Made by a program: the position numbers and the translations under genes. This document shows positions 52,001 through 61,143 of a stretch of DNA of 64,000 bases, in pieces. The stretch covers positions 1,824,001 to 1,888,000 of the forward strand of contig OZ255836.1 of NCBI GenBank assembly GCA_965277715.1, given 5' to 3'. Origin of the DNA: Gammaproteobacteria bacterium. Its GTDB lineage: Bacteria; Pseudomonadota; Gammaproteobacteria; JBCCGL01. The notes below the pieces were generated by a model that saw nothing but the letters and a program-made list of their open reading frames with translations, was not told the DNA's origin and did no database searches. Each line of letters begins with the position of its first letter. The first letter of the stretch is position 1.

Positions 52001-52666
52001 TACGTTAAACGTTTCCAACGCAGTGGTGAACCTAAGACGCACGATGCGCCGACCGCCTCCACAGTGGCCACGCAACAGATCCAGCACAGTATCGAAGCGC
52101 TCGATGCGCGTAACTGGTCGGCGCGGCTGGACCGTGTCGCAGTGCTGCGCAAGGCACTGGCAGGCAGCGGCAGCTTAATTCGCAAAGCCCTCGCCGAGAC
52201 AGCGGCCTTCGATATGACACCGCAAACACTGCCAGGGCCGACCGGAGAAAGTAATCGCCTCAGTCTCTACCCAAAGGGTACGGTCCTGTGCCTTGGGCCG
52301 ACCGCCGAAATCGCAATCGCCCAGGCTGCCCAGGCACTCGGTGCGGGCTGCCCTGTCGTTATCGTGGCACCTGATGTCGACAAGCCTGCCCGGTCCCTGG
52401 TTGAGGCAGGTGCCCCGCTGGCGTTTTTTAATGGCACAGTAGAAGCAGATACGCTCAGTGCGCTGAAAGGCATAGCGGCGGTGGCAGCAGCAGGCACCTC
52501 CGATTGGACACGTGCGCTGAGAATTGCCCTTGCGCAACGGCCGGGAGCCATCGTCCCGCTCGAAAGCCAGGAAATTGCACCCGAGCGCTACATCATCGAA
52601 CGCCACCTGTGTATCGATACTACCGCTGCGGGCGGTAACGCCAGCCTACTGGCTGCGGTCGACTGA
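49001..52666 (+). CDS. putA: Bifunctional proline dehydrogenase / P5C dehydrogenase
   Basis: LMCLAEALLRVPD, SVKLSALHP, RLVKGAYWD, FATHN, RRLLENG, SAGQRCSA and C-terminal DTTAAGGNASL; no N-terminal RHH domain. Confidence 0.95.
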   Translation: MNNSDVFSREDGSDYRVAVRKNYAADEATVIRNLIASIRLSAAERETIAAAGAKMVDRVRQETTPSMMESFLAEYGLSSDEGVGLMCLAEALLRVPDAETIDDLIQDKIEPSNWSAHLGNSASPLINASTWALLLTGKVLEDAPKGPAAVLRGLIRRVGEPLVRTAVAQAMKLLGRQFVLGQTIEEGLCNARELEHAGYTYSYDMLGEAARTEADAIRYHQAYATAIGEIAQQAKGDVRSSPGISVKLSALHPRYEYTHYATVMAELVPRTIDLARQAAAANIGFNIDAEEQDRLDLSLSVIEVLMSTPSLAGWDGLGIVVQAYGKRAAAVIEALYDMAKRNDRKIMVRLVKGAYWDTEVKLAQELGVSSFPVFTRKINTDVSYMACTQMLMDRCDRIYPQFATHNAHTCAAVMALAGNDLNSFEFQRLHGMGESLHNIVRDTHGVHCRIYAPVGAHRDLLAYLVRRLLENGTNSSFVNQIVDEKISSESITSDPVAEVGALGDAISNPMIRMPHALFAPQRRNSKGYRINEPASITALLKAREQYTDHIWYAAPMIAGIATASGALRKVTSPADENRIVAEVREATPEEVAQALDAAQGGFNEWSTMSVARRTEILRKAADLYEENIAELIAITTREAGKTVPDGIAEVREAVDFLRFYADEAERLEDEAPATPCGIFVCISPWNFPLAIFSGQIAAALAAGNAVLAKPAEQTPVIAARAVVLMREAGLPEAALQLLPGDGPTVGGPLTSDPRIAGVCFTGSTEVAQTIHRALAQNAGPDAVLIAETGGLNAMIVDSTALTEQAVRDILISSFQSAGQRCSALRMLYVQEETRERLLEMLYGAMEALSIGDPWNLDTDVSPVIDADAQQSINTYTAQHEAAGKLLKKLPAPEQGTYVSPAVIAVDGIADMAREVFGPILHVAGFKARDIDRIVDDINTREYGLTFGLHTRIDGRVQQIVERIHVGNTYVNRNQIGAIVGSQPFGGEGLSGTGPKAGGPHYVKRFQRSGEPKTHDAPTASTVATQQIQHSIEALDARNWSARLDRVAVLRKALAGSGSLIRKALAETAAFDMTPQTLPGPTGESNRLSLYPKGTVLCLGPTAEIAIAQAAQALGAGCPVVIVAPDVDKPARSLVEAGAPLAFFNGTVEADTLSALKGIAAVAAAGTSDWTRALRIALAQRPGAIVPLESQEIAPERYIIERHLCIDTTAAGGNASLLAAVD

Positions 52667-52989
52667 CCGAAAACAGCCCCACAAATAGCCCAGGTAACAG
52701 CATGCCCGTTGTACTAAAAACCGAATTCAAGGATGATTTTTTCGCCATCCAGCCTGGCCAGCAGGTGCTGCCCCTGTTTATGCCGATTTGCTGGCGGATA
52801 TTGGCGGGGTGACAACACGCCCGCTTTGACCGACAGCGATAAAGAAATACGATTTTAATAAAAGCTTACGTTATAAACAGTGGTTGTCTTTTTTTAGATG
52901 CAAAAGCCAGCCGAACCACCAATAACAAAAAATCAGTCAAGGTAATAGTTAACTCAATATAGTGGTTTAACTTTTCCATTAATAATTGC

Positions 52990-53541
52990 TCACCTGAGCA
53001 AAACCATCTCCCACACCGAGTAATTTATCTCAGCACTGGTGCAGAGCTGGAGTGATAGTACGCGCCACCTATCGAGTGGTGAGTAGGTGACAGATGATGC
53101 ATTACCAACAGCCAGGCATAACTCAGATCCACGAAGTTTCAACTGGCCATTCCTCGTATAATCAAATTTTTGCAGGTCAGAAGTATCGAAAAATGCAGTA
53201 CGCTGATCACAAGGGCGAAGCAGAATCGACGTGCCTGGTAACACAGTATTGTTTACGCCGAATGCGGTGACGCAAACATTCGCACCCGGAAACAGTAACT
53301 GCCCCTGGTTGGTGTAAATGATCGTGCTATCGGGTGTTGCACCGCCTTTACAATTGTGTGCAAACAGTGGCAAATCCACACGTAAATTATTACCTGTTCC
53401 CAAGATGTCCAGGCAATATCCATCACCCGGGCGATCCAGACGGTCTTTCAGGCGTACATGGACTAAATCCATCGCGGCGACATTCGTGGTGATGATTGCA
53501 GTCAAAGCTGAAGCGAATAACGAAAAGCGCAATTTTTTCAA
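52990..53541 (-). CDS. Secreted ricin-type beta-trefoil (lectin-like) protein
   Basis: Signal peptide; GYCLD, paired Cys, GQL and LCL motifs, QKF/VW repeats. Confidence 0.6.
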   Translation of the reverse strand: MKKLRFSLFASALTAIITTNVAAMDLVHVRLKDRLDRPGDGYCLDILGTGNNLRVDLPLFAHNCKGGATPDSTIIYTNQGQLLFPGANVCVTAFGVNNTVLPGTSILLRPCDQRTAFFDTSDLQKFDYTRNGQLKLRGSELCLAVGNASSVTYSPLDRWRVLSLQLCTSAEINYSVWEMVLLR

Positions 53542-53587
53542 AGTCTTACCCTCTGTTAAAGTACAGGTGCCCAGTGTGCTCCCTGTA

Positions 53588-55147
53588 TTAACAATGATTG
53601 GTCAAGGTCTTCTGATCTTTGTGACGACATGTGAGCATGTTAATGTCTCGTTGGTTGGAAAAATCGATCGTATCGAGAAATTTAAAAGCAGCATTGAATG
53701 AAGCGAGTAGATGCTCTGCCAGATTGTGCGTTAAATTGCTTTTTACGACAATGCGGAACATAGTCCGTTGACTATCTTCATCGTGGAAAAGGGAAATATT
53801 TTCCTCAGTGAGAGGATCGTTGAATCCCATACGATAGCCACTGACGTACCAGTGATGTTGTGATAATACATGTTGTAAATCGATATCATCGTAAGCAAAT
53901 TCACACGCTGGGTTTAACGCAGCAGTTACAACAGGTAAACAGTGCTGGTCGCCATCGTCTAAAATAACGAACCTGGGTGTGTTGTTGTAGGTCATCGCCT
54001 TTAATGCATCACGTAAAAACTTTGCGGTTTTCATCATGTTATCACAGCATTTTTGATAGCCCGATACGCCATAGCGCAGTAGTTTGTAATATTGGACGTA
54101 TACACCGCTGGCAGGTCTTGAAAAATTGAGTGTATAAGACTCGGCTTTACCACCAAGATAAGTGACTGAAATGGCGATATGTTCACTCAGATCTTTGCGT
54201 TGACGCCAGACTACCCAGCCTGTGCCACAGCAGGATTCGCCATACTTGTGGCCGCTTGCGGAAATAGACAATACGTTGTCTAGTCGAAAATCCCAGTCGG
54301 GTAGCCCGTCTTGAAAAGGTGCAATGAATCCTCCAGAGGCAGCATCGACATGGATACCGACCTGGTATCCTTTTTCCTTATTCACAGTCTCAACAACCTT
54401 GTTTATCTCCCACACAGGGTCGTACTGGCCACCGTAATGGTTACCCATAATACAGACCACGCCAATCGTATTTTCATCAATGGCCTCCCGAACGGCTTCT
54501 GGGCATAGTTTAAAAGTGCCGACTGAGGGGCTGATAAGTTTTGGCTCAATATCCATGTATCTAAACAGCTTTTCCCAGGCCGCCTGGAAACACGTGGACA
54601 TCACCACATTGGGGCGTATACCGAGTGTTTGATCAGTGGTTATATTTTTGCGTGCGGCATACCAGGTCCGCCAGCGAAATTTGAGTGCCAGACCAGCCAA
54701 TAAACACGCTTCAGTGGACCCTACAGTACCTGCGCCAGCGTAAACACCGTACTCATCGAAGTCATCGGGTTGAGGACAATGCCAGAGCCGTGCAATCATA
54801 TTGATCACGCTGTTATGCATTTTATAAGATTGCGGATACACGGTTTGATCAGCCAGATTTACTCGCATACCCATTAACGCCACAGCTTCCTCCTCCTCCT
54901 CAAAACTGACATTGACATAAGAAGATGTGTTAAGCCTTTCGTCAAAATCCAGGGCGTGATTGTTCTTAATGATAGTTTTAATGGTGCCAGCTGCTTGCCC
55001 AGATGCAGGTATTTCGGTCATATTGAGCCAATCGTGTTGGGCCAATGGGGAAATATAATAGGGCTCTTGCTTTTGCTGCTTGATCTGTTCCAATTCTGCG
55101 CGTAGCGTATTGATTTCTTCTTGTAATATGCTGGCTTTATCGGGCAT
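53588..55147 (-). CDS. Group II PLP-dependent decarboxylase, glutamate decarboxylase-like
   Basis: GTVGSTEA, WEK, IHVDAASGGF, SISASGHKYG and TLNFSRP. Confidence 0.85.
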   Translation of the reverse strand: MPDKASILQEEINTLRAELEQIKQQKQEPYYISPLAQHDWLNMTEIPASGQAAGTIKTIIKNNHALDFDERLNTSSYVNVSFEEEEEAVALMGMRVNLADQTVYPQSYKMHNSVINMIARLWHCPQPDDFDEYGVYAGAGTVGSTEACLLAGLALKFRWRTWYAARKNITTDQTLGIRPNVVMSTCFQAAWEKLFRYMDIEPKLISPSVGTFKLCPEAVREAIDENTIGVVCIMGNHYGGQYDPVWEINKVVETVNKEKGYQVGIHVDAASGGFIAPFQDGLPDWDFRLDNVLSISASGHKYGESCCGTGWVVWRQRKDLSEHIAISVTYLGGKAESYTLNFSRPASGVYVQYYKLLRYGVSGYQKCCDNMMKTAKFLRDALKAMTYNNTPRFVILDDGDQHCLPVVTAALNPACEFAYDDIDLQHVLSQHHWYVSGYRMGFNDPLTEENISLFHDEDSQRTMFRIVVKSNLTHNLAEHLLASFNAAFKFLDTIDFSNQRDINMLTCRHKDQKTLTNHC

Positions 55148-55318
55148 GTTGTTTCCTCGCAATATGATAGTAATTAAAGGGATCGGTAGTCTTTATAATA
55201 CCTGACCACTCGGTGCAGAATCTGTGACATGAGTAACTAAGAATAAAGGAAGACAGACCACAATTCAGGTAAAGCTGAACCCGGTGAAGCCATCGGCGAC
55301 GAATTGTTCACAGATTTT

Positions 55319-55488
55319 CACATAATCTGCTTCCCCCATCTGCGTGTCGATGACGCCCGGGTGAATCGAATCAACGCGTATCGGCTCGCCTTTGCTGGCA
55401 AAGGTGACAGCAGCCTGGCCGATAAGGGTGCCCTGCCAGTAGAGAGGATATTGATATCGATCCGATCCAGTTTCGGGTTCCCGGTCAC
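55319..55488 (-). pseudogene. Chimeric scar: Lrp/AsnC N-terminus joined to an SDR fragment
   Basis: RBS plus GTG, then TGNPKLDRIDINILS; in another frame AAVTFASKGEPIRVDSIHPGVIDTQM* (SDR IRVNSIHPG.IDT motif). Confidence 0.55.
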
Positions 55489-55507
55489 CTTCTTTCCTCT
55501 ACTTGAT

Positions 55508-56230
55508 TTAACGCCCCGATTCTATCTGATGCGCTTTAACCATGCCTATCATGCTGTTGAACTGAAAGTTATATATAGGCATCTCTCCAGGGTTCATAGT
55601 GGCGCCAAAGCCCTCCTTATCGTGACGGCGGTAAATCCAGCAATTTGCCAATCCGTGCTTGTTTGCAGGGGCATGATCGTGAAACATGCTTTCAGCGGTA
55701 TGCAGGATCTCATGTTTTTCGACCCCCTGTCGTTTCAGTGCCTCGATCATATATTCAAAGTTTCGGTCGTCGGGCTTGTAACTACCAATATCCTCAGCAG
55801 TGTAGACCCCATCGAACTGAACACCCAACCGGGCGTTAGAGCCGGAGAAGCTCAAATTGTCCGTATTGGTCAGAACGATCAGCTTATAGTGTGCTTTCAG
55901 ATAACTCAGTGCTTCAGCGCTATCAGAAAAAGCGGGCCACTGACGAACCGAAAGACCGTAGGCGACACATTCTTCCCAAGTCACCGCTACACCCCACTCC
56001 TCAGCGAGGCGGCGGTATACCACGGGGAGTAACTCATAATATTTCTTCTCGGGTGTCCAGCGTTGCGTGGTCGACTCATAGTAAGCGTGAGCTTCCAGTA
56101 TGTCGTTTCGGGTCAAACTACGGGAGACTCGATCAGTCAGCGGCTTCAGGCCAGCAACCATACCGCTTTCCCAGTCGATCAGCGTTCCGTATACATCAAA
56201 AACCAACGCCTTATAATCACTCAATTTCAT
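55508..56230 (-). CDS. Haloacid dehalogenase type II family hydrolase
   Basis: FDVYGTLIDWE, LTN, YKP and H.AES.FHD. Confidence 0.88.
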   Translation of the reverse strand: MKLSDYKALVFDVYGTLIDWESGMVAGLKPLTDRVSRSLTRNDILEAHAYYESTTQRWTPEKKYYELLPVVYRRLAEEWGVAVTWEECVAYGLSVRQWPAFSDSAEALSYLKAHYKLIVLTNTDNLSFSGSNARLGVQFDGVYTAEDIGSYKPDDRNFEYMIEALKRQGVEKHEILHTAESMFHDHAPANKHGLANCWIYRRHDKEGFGATMNPGEMPIYNFQFNSMIGMVKAHQIESGR

Positions 56231-56483
56231 ACCTTACCCCTTGATACCCAGCATTGTATTAAAGTAGCAGCGAAAATATTCTGTTACATAGAAAAAACGC
56301 AGCATTTGTAAAGCCTACCTCACTACAATGGCCAAAAAACCCAGAATCATTTGGTATTTAAAAATAATCCACTAAAATTTGATCCTGGGCGGCATAATAT
56401 TTTCTACCCCTTCTTTTATATTTTACGCTTCTGCCTATGCTTGACCAACTTCAATTCAGCACGCCCAGTAGTACTCATCCATA

Positions 56484-57797
56484 TTAAGCAGCAATCCAAC
56501 TTTGGTTTAGCGCCGAGACACCAAGCCCTTGCGAGACGCTGACAAACTTTTCACCCACCAGCACTTCGCTGGTTGGAAATTTATTTTGAAACTGCCGCCT
56601 CAAATATCTGATGGATGTAGACCCCCCCGTAAAATAAATAGCGGTGATGTCAGATTTTTTTATTCCCGAGTTATTAACCAACTGCCCAGCGCATGCCACG
56701 ATTTTTTCAATACACACCATCAATGCATCAGACAAAATAGATTCAGATAAATACGACACCAGTTTGCTTTCAACAAAATCGAGATCAATTTGCACATCAC
56801 CGCCTTCTGAAACACCTATTTTTGCCACTTCGACTGCATCTATTATCCTATGACCCAGCCTATTCTGGAGCGCCCGCATAAGTCGTTCATGCATTTTTAC
56901 ATCGGCAAACTCAGAGCGCATCTCCTTGACTCTACTGATTTCGACCTTGTTATACAGTGTGTTGATTTCGTGCCAGGTCGAGAGGACAGAATAAACATTG
57001 CCCGGAAGTACCCTGCCGAATTTGCCGATAGCGCCAAAACCCAGAGTTTTCATGGCAGAACGGAGGCTTAAATAGTAATCAAAATCGGTGCCTGCAATAT
57101 GGATACCCGCCGTTCCAATCACACTTTTAGCGCGGTTTTCCTCACCCTTGAACGAAGGCCCCAGGTGCAGCAGTGAAAAATCAGATGTGCCGCCACCGAT
57201 GTCCACGATTAAAACAATTTTATCTTCATTAAGCCCCACTTCGTAATCCAATGCGGCGGCAATAGGTTCATATTGAAAACTTACTGCGTTAAAACCAATT
57301 GCGTTGACAATGCGCCTCAGGGTTACCTCGGCGTATTTATCCCGTTCCTCGTCGTCATTCACGAAGTGAACCGGGCGGCCCAGAATCACCTGCTCAACAC
57401 TGCTGCCCATAAATGACTCGGCTTTCTCTTTGATGTGTGACAAAAATAATTCTATAACGCGTCTGTGCTGAATCAACCCACCGCGCACCGCCGTTGATTC
57501 GTTTATCAACCTACTGCCCAGCACACTTTTCAGGGATTTCATCAAGCGGCCATTTGTTTCTAATTTGTACTCATCGATAGCGGCCGTTCCATACACAACG
57601 CCCAGTTTCTCGGCGCTGAAAAATATTGCGCTTGGAATAATCGGGTTGTTCCCTTCGAGCGGAATGACAGTAATCCTGCCATCTTGAACCCAGCAGGCTG
57701 AAGAGTTCGTCGTTCCAAAATCAATACACAGTATCGGTTTATCTGTTGTAATCATATAGGTCATCACCAATCGCAATACAGAATCCACTGGATACAT
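56484..57797 (-). CDS. Hsp70-family protein (YegD-like)
   Basis: IDFGTTNS, RLMKSLKS.LG, GRPV.F, EPIAAA, DIGGGTSD and TGGS; no substrate-binding domain. Confidence 0.88.
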   Translation of the reverse strand: MYPVDSVLRLVMTYMITTDKPILCIDFGTTNSSACWVQDGRITVIPLEGNNPIIPSAIFFSAEKLGVVYGTAAIDEYKLETNGRLMKSLKSVLGSRLINESTAVRGGLIQHRRVIELFLSHIKEKAESFMGSSVEQVILGRPVHFVNDDEERDKYAEVTLRRIVNAIGFNAVSFQYEPIAAALDYEVGLNEDKIVLIVDIGGGTSDFSLLHLGPSFKGEENRAKSVIGTAGIHIAGTDFDYYLSLRSAMKTLGFGAIGKFGRVLPGNVYSVLSTWHEINTLYNKVEISRVKEMRSEFADVKMHERLMRALQNRLGHRIIDAVEVAKIGVSEGGDVQIDLDFVESKLVSYLSESILSDALMVCIEKIVACAGQLVNNSGIKKSDITAIYFTGGSTSIRYLRRQFQNKFPTSEVLVGEKFVSVSQGLGVSALNQSWIAA

Positions 57798-58048
57798 TTA
57801 TCCTGTTCTTTGCAGTTGCCTATTTTACAATTATTTCAACTAATGTGGTTTATGTAAGTATTAAATAATACAAAACCCTGCCCACTAGAAAAAGAGTAGA
57901 CGTTAGCTCACCTTTTATGAATCTTTGTATTTATTCGTGGTGCTATAGGGATTTGGTTCGCGAGGCGAGTGAAACCCAATACGCCCGACATTATCTGAAT
58001 AAAAACAGAAACTGAGCAAACCACCCATCAATTCAAAACTGGAAAATA

Positions 58049-59746
58049 CTAATGAGACACTCCATTAAACACCTCTTCACCTCGTAATATTGTCATTGTA
58101 ACAACGGCCTTTTCAACTGCATCAGCACTCACATTAACAATACTGCGATCAAGCAACACAAAATCTGCAGATTTGCCCACTTCAATAGAGCCTGTAATCG
58201 CCTCCAACCCCAACGCACTCGCACCATTAATCGTCGCTGCGCGAATCGCGGTGTGAATATCAGGCAACCCTTTGGTGTTTTTAAGCCGCAAAGAATTGGC
58301 AATGGCAACAAGCGGGTTTAGCGGGTTCACAGTCCAGTCACTGCTAAAAGTGACATTTGCACCTGTTTCAAATACCGCCCGCATCGGCATCATGCGTTTG
58401 GCTTTTTCACTACCAATATAAAACCTCGCCCAATGCGTTTGAGCGAAGTATTCAGCACCGGCCTGAAAATCAGCGTGCACGTTGAGTTGCGCAAACCGAG
58501 CATAATCGTCTGGATCGATAAGTTCCAAATGCGTCATACTGTAAATCGCTTCAGAACCTGCGGCGCGTGCTTGTTCGATAGCGTCGAGCACTTCGCGCAC
58601 ACCGCCATCGCCGATGGCATGCACATGCGCACCGTAGCCAATCCTGTCCAGGTCAACCAACAACTGTGACAACTTATCGGGCTGGATATAATTGAGCCCG
58701 TACGGCAAGCCCTCCTGCCAACTTTCTCGATAAGGTGCCAGCATTTTTGCCGTCCCAAAATGCAAAACACCATCGATATACATTTTGACTTGATCGACGA
58801 TAAGTAAACTACCGGGGTCACCGCTATGGATTGTTTTGAGATAAGCCAATTGCTCGTCAAAATCTATCCCTGGATAAATCCACGGGCGCAGTGAAGTGCG
58901 CACAATCACCGCATTATCCTGTAACGCTTTCTGCCAGACTGCATACCAACCACGCCGCCAGTACAAACGACCATCGCCGATAGTGGTAATACCGTTGCTG
59001 ACGGCTTCATCCATACCCGCGATCAAACCATCGTAGCTGGCATCGAATTTGTCACTGAGACTATTCCACGCCAATTCCATAACAATATCACCCGCATTGT
59101 CGAACAAAATGCCGTTCGGGCGGTCATCGCTGCCGAATAAAATAGTGCCACCTTGTGGGTTCGGTGTATTTTCATCAAACCCCACCAGCGCCAACGCCTT
59201 CGAGTTAACTAACATCGAATGCGATGATTCCTCCATGATCACGACAGGGTTTTCAGGAAAGTATTCGTCCAGAATACTGCGCGGATTAGCCGATGGATTG
59301 TTTTGTAACAGCGTATCGAGCTGGTGACCGTAGCCAATCACCCATTCACCAGGGCCGCTAATGGATTGTTGGCAGTCCTGCAAAAACCGCACCTGACCGT
59401 TTAATGTGCGATCCCGTGACAACTCACAACCGCCACCCACTTCAGACGCACCCTCAAACACATGGTTATGTGTATCGATAAAACCCGGCATTAACATCTG
59501 CCCCTGCAAGTCAATTACCTCGGTTTTCTGTTTAATGTACGCTGTCACATTGGCGTCATCACCTACAAAGATAATTTTCCCATCCTCTACGGCCACAGCC
59601 GTGGCAGTGGGTTGTTTCTCATTAACTGTGTAAACAATGGCATTGTGGTAAACCGTATCTGCCGCCTGACATAACCCGGCAAAAAACACCGCACACAGTA
59701 CAAACGGCATACACGCACAATACCGCCTATCAGTGATCAATTTCAT
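58049..59746 (-). CDS. Secreted amidohydrolase (YtcJ-like, Amidohydro_3)
   Basis: Signal peptide; PGFIDTHNH, K..IDG, HAIGD, THLE, SSDW and GSIEVGKSAD. Confidence 0.88.
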   Translation of the reverse strand: MKLITDRRYCACMPFVLCAVFFAGLCQAADTVYHNAIVYTVNEKQPTATAVAVEDGKIIFVGDDANVTAYIKQKTEVIDLQGQMLMPGFIDTHNHVFEGASEVGGGCELSRDRTLNGQVRFLQDCQQSISGPGEWVIGYGHQLDTLLQNNPSANPRSILDEYFPENPVVIMEESSHSMLVNSKALALVGFDENTPNPQGGTILFGSDDRPNGILFDNAGDIVMELAWNSLSDKFDASYDGLIAGMDEAVSNGITTIGDGRLYWRRGWYAVWQKALQDNAVIVRTSLRPWIYPGIDFDEQLAYLKTIHSGDPGSLLIVDQVKMYIDGVLHFGTAKMLAPYRESWQEGLPYGLNYIQPDKLSQLLVDLDRIGYGAHVHAIGDGGVREVLDAIEQARAAGSEAIYSMTHLELIDPDDYARFAQLNVHADFQAGAEYFAQTHWARFYIGSEKAKRMMPMRAVFETGANVTFSSDWTVNPLNPLVAIANSLRLKNTKGLPDIHTAIRAATINGASALGLEAITGSIEVGKSADFVLLDRSIVNVSADAVEKAVVTMTILRGEEVFNGVSH

Positions 59747-60004
59747 TGCTACCTCTTTCTACCTTATTTCTCTTCTGTTCATCGAAAGTTCAGCCGCAGC
59801 ATTGCGAAAACTCAGGTGCCCGGCTCGCCTCGAACGCATAGAGCGCTTTAAATGAATACAGTTTTCGAGTCATCCATACATCAATTTTTTTAATCTATAC
59901 GGCTAATTTTTTCATTTGCGGAATAAATATTATAGGCAATATACTCATGCGCCTAGCGTTTCGTTTCCAACGTGCACACTTTAGTAAGTTAAATAGTTGA
60001 CGCC

Positions 60005-61015
60005 ATGAGCACTTCTTCCCAGCAATCGTCGAAAAACAGCAACACCCCCAAGCAGGCATGGCATTACACGCCCGCGCTACCCTTACAGGTTTCACCGTAT
60101 TTCCGTCGTCCGTTCAATCTGTGGCATATCGCCCAATGGATTCTCGGTAGCTGGTTTCCGGTGTCCGAACGCCTGATCATATTGATACTGGCAATTATCT
60201 CCTGGGCCTATTTTCACCCTGCGCTGGCACGTTGCCAGAATTTCGCCCCTGACTGGATCGCCCAGATCTACCTGCGCAACCTGGTGTTGATGTGTGTCGT
60301 CGCTGGTGGTTTGCACCTGTATTTTTATACGTTTCGCTGCCAGGGTGATGAACGCCGATACGACGCCCGCCCGCTACCCACAAAGAATCGAAAATTCACC
60401 TTCAATTCCCAGGTAAGGGATAACATGTTCTGGTCTATTGTGAGTGGCGTTACAATTTGGACGGCTTACGAATCACTTATGATGTGGGCAATGGCAAACA
60501 GCTACATCCCAACACTCTCCGCGACTGAAGACCTACCCTGGTTGATACTTATGATCCTGCTGCTACCAATCTGGGAGACTGTCCATTTCTTTCTGATCCA
60601 TCGATTGATCCATTGGCCGCCCCTGTTTCGCAGGGTACATGCGCTGCATCACCGCAATGTCAATGTCGGCCCTTGGTCTGGCCTGTCCATGCACCCCGTT
60701 GAGCACTTGATTTACCTGAGCACGGTGTTGATCCATTGGGTGGTGCCCACCAGCCCCCTGTTCATTATCTACCACCTTCAATACTTTACCCTAACGGCGG
60801 CGACGACCCATACCGGCTACCAGGGCATCGTCATCGGTGGCAAAGTAGTACTGCCACTCGGTACATTTCACCACCAAATGCATCATCGTTATTACGAATG
60901 TAACTATGGCGGGCTTGAAATCCCTTGGGACCACTGGACAGGCTCGTTCCATAACGGCACCGATGCATCGCACCTCGCATTTCTTCAACGCCGAAGGAGA
61001 CAAATGCGTGGTTAG
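60005..61015 (+). CDS. Sterol desaturase / fatty acid hydroxylase family protein
   Basis: His boxes HRLIH, HALHH and HHQMHH; W.GLSMHP.E; TM helices. Confidence 0.88.
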   Translation: MSTSSQQSSKNSNTPKQAWHYTPALPLQVSPYFRRPFNLWHIAQWILGSWFPVSERLIILILAIISWAYFHPALARCQNFAPDWIAQIYLRNLVLMCVVAGGLHLYFYTFRCQGDERRYDARPLPTKNRKFTFNSQVRDNMFWSIVSGVTIWTAYESLMMWAMANSYIPTLSATEDLPWLILMILLLPIWETVHFFLIHRLIHWPPLFRRVHALHHRNVNVGPWSGLSMHPVEHLIYLSTVLIHWVVPTSPLFIIYHLQYFTLTAATTHTGYQGIVIGGKVVLPLGTFHHQMHHRYYECNYGGLEIPWDHWTGSFHNGTDASHLAFLQRRRRQMRG

Positions 61016-61143
61016 TACCCCCTTATCCTTTAAGTCTGGGGTGAATAGCCGCTAAAAAACGCACATTTTGCAAAGGACTCTATAGACAGGCCCTGTCGCG
61101 ATCAATTACCTTGCCCCGCTTATAAATAAGAAAAGTGATACGC

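Noticed and set aside
52670-52870. Possible gene fragment downstream of putA
   Set aside because: No family motif could be identified in any frame.
55304-56032. 242-aa plus-strand ORF
   Set aside because: Antisense to the well-supported HAD gene.
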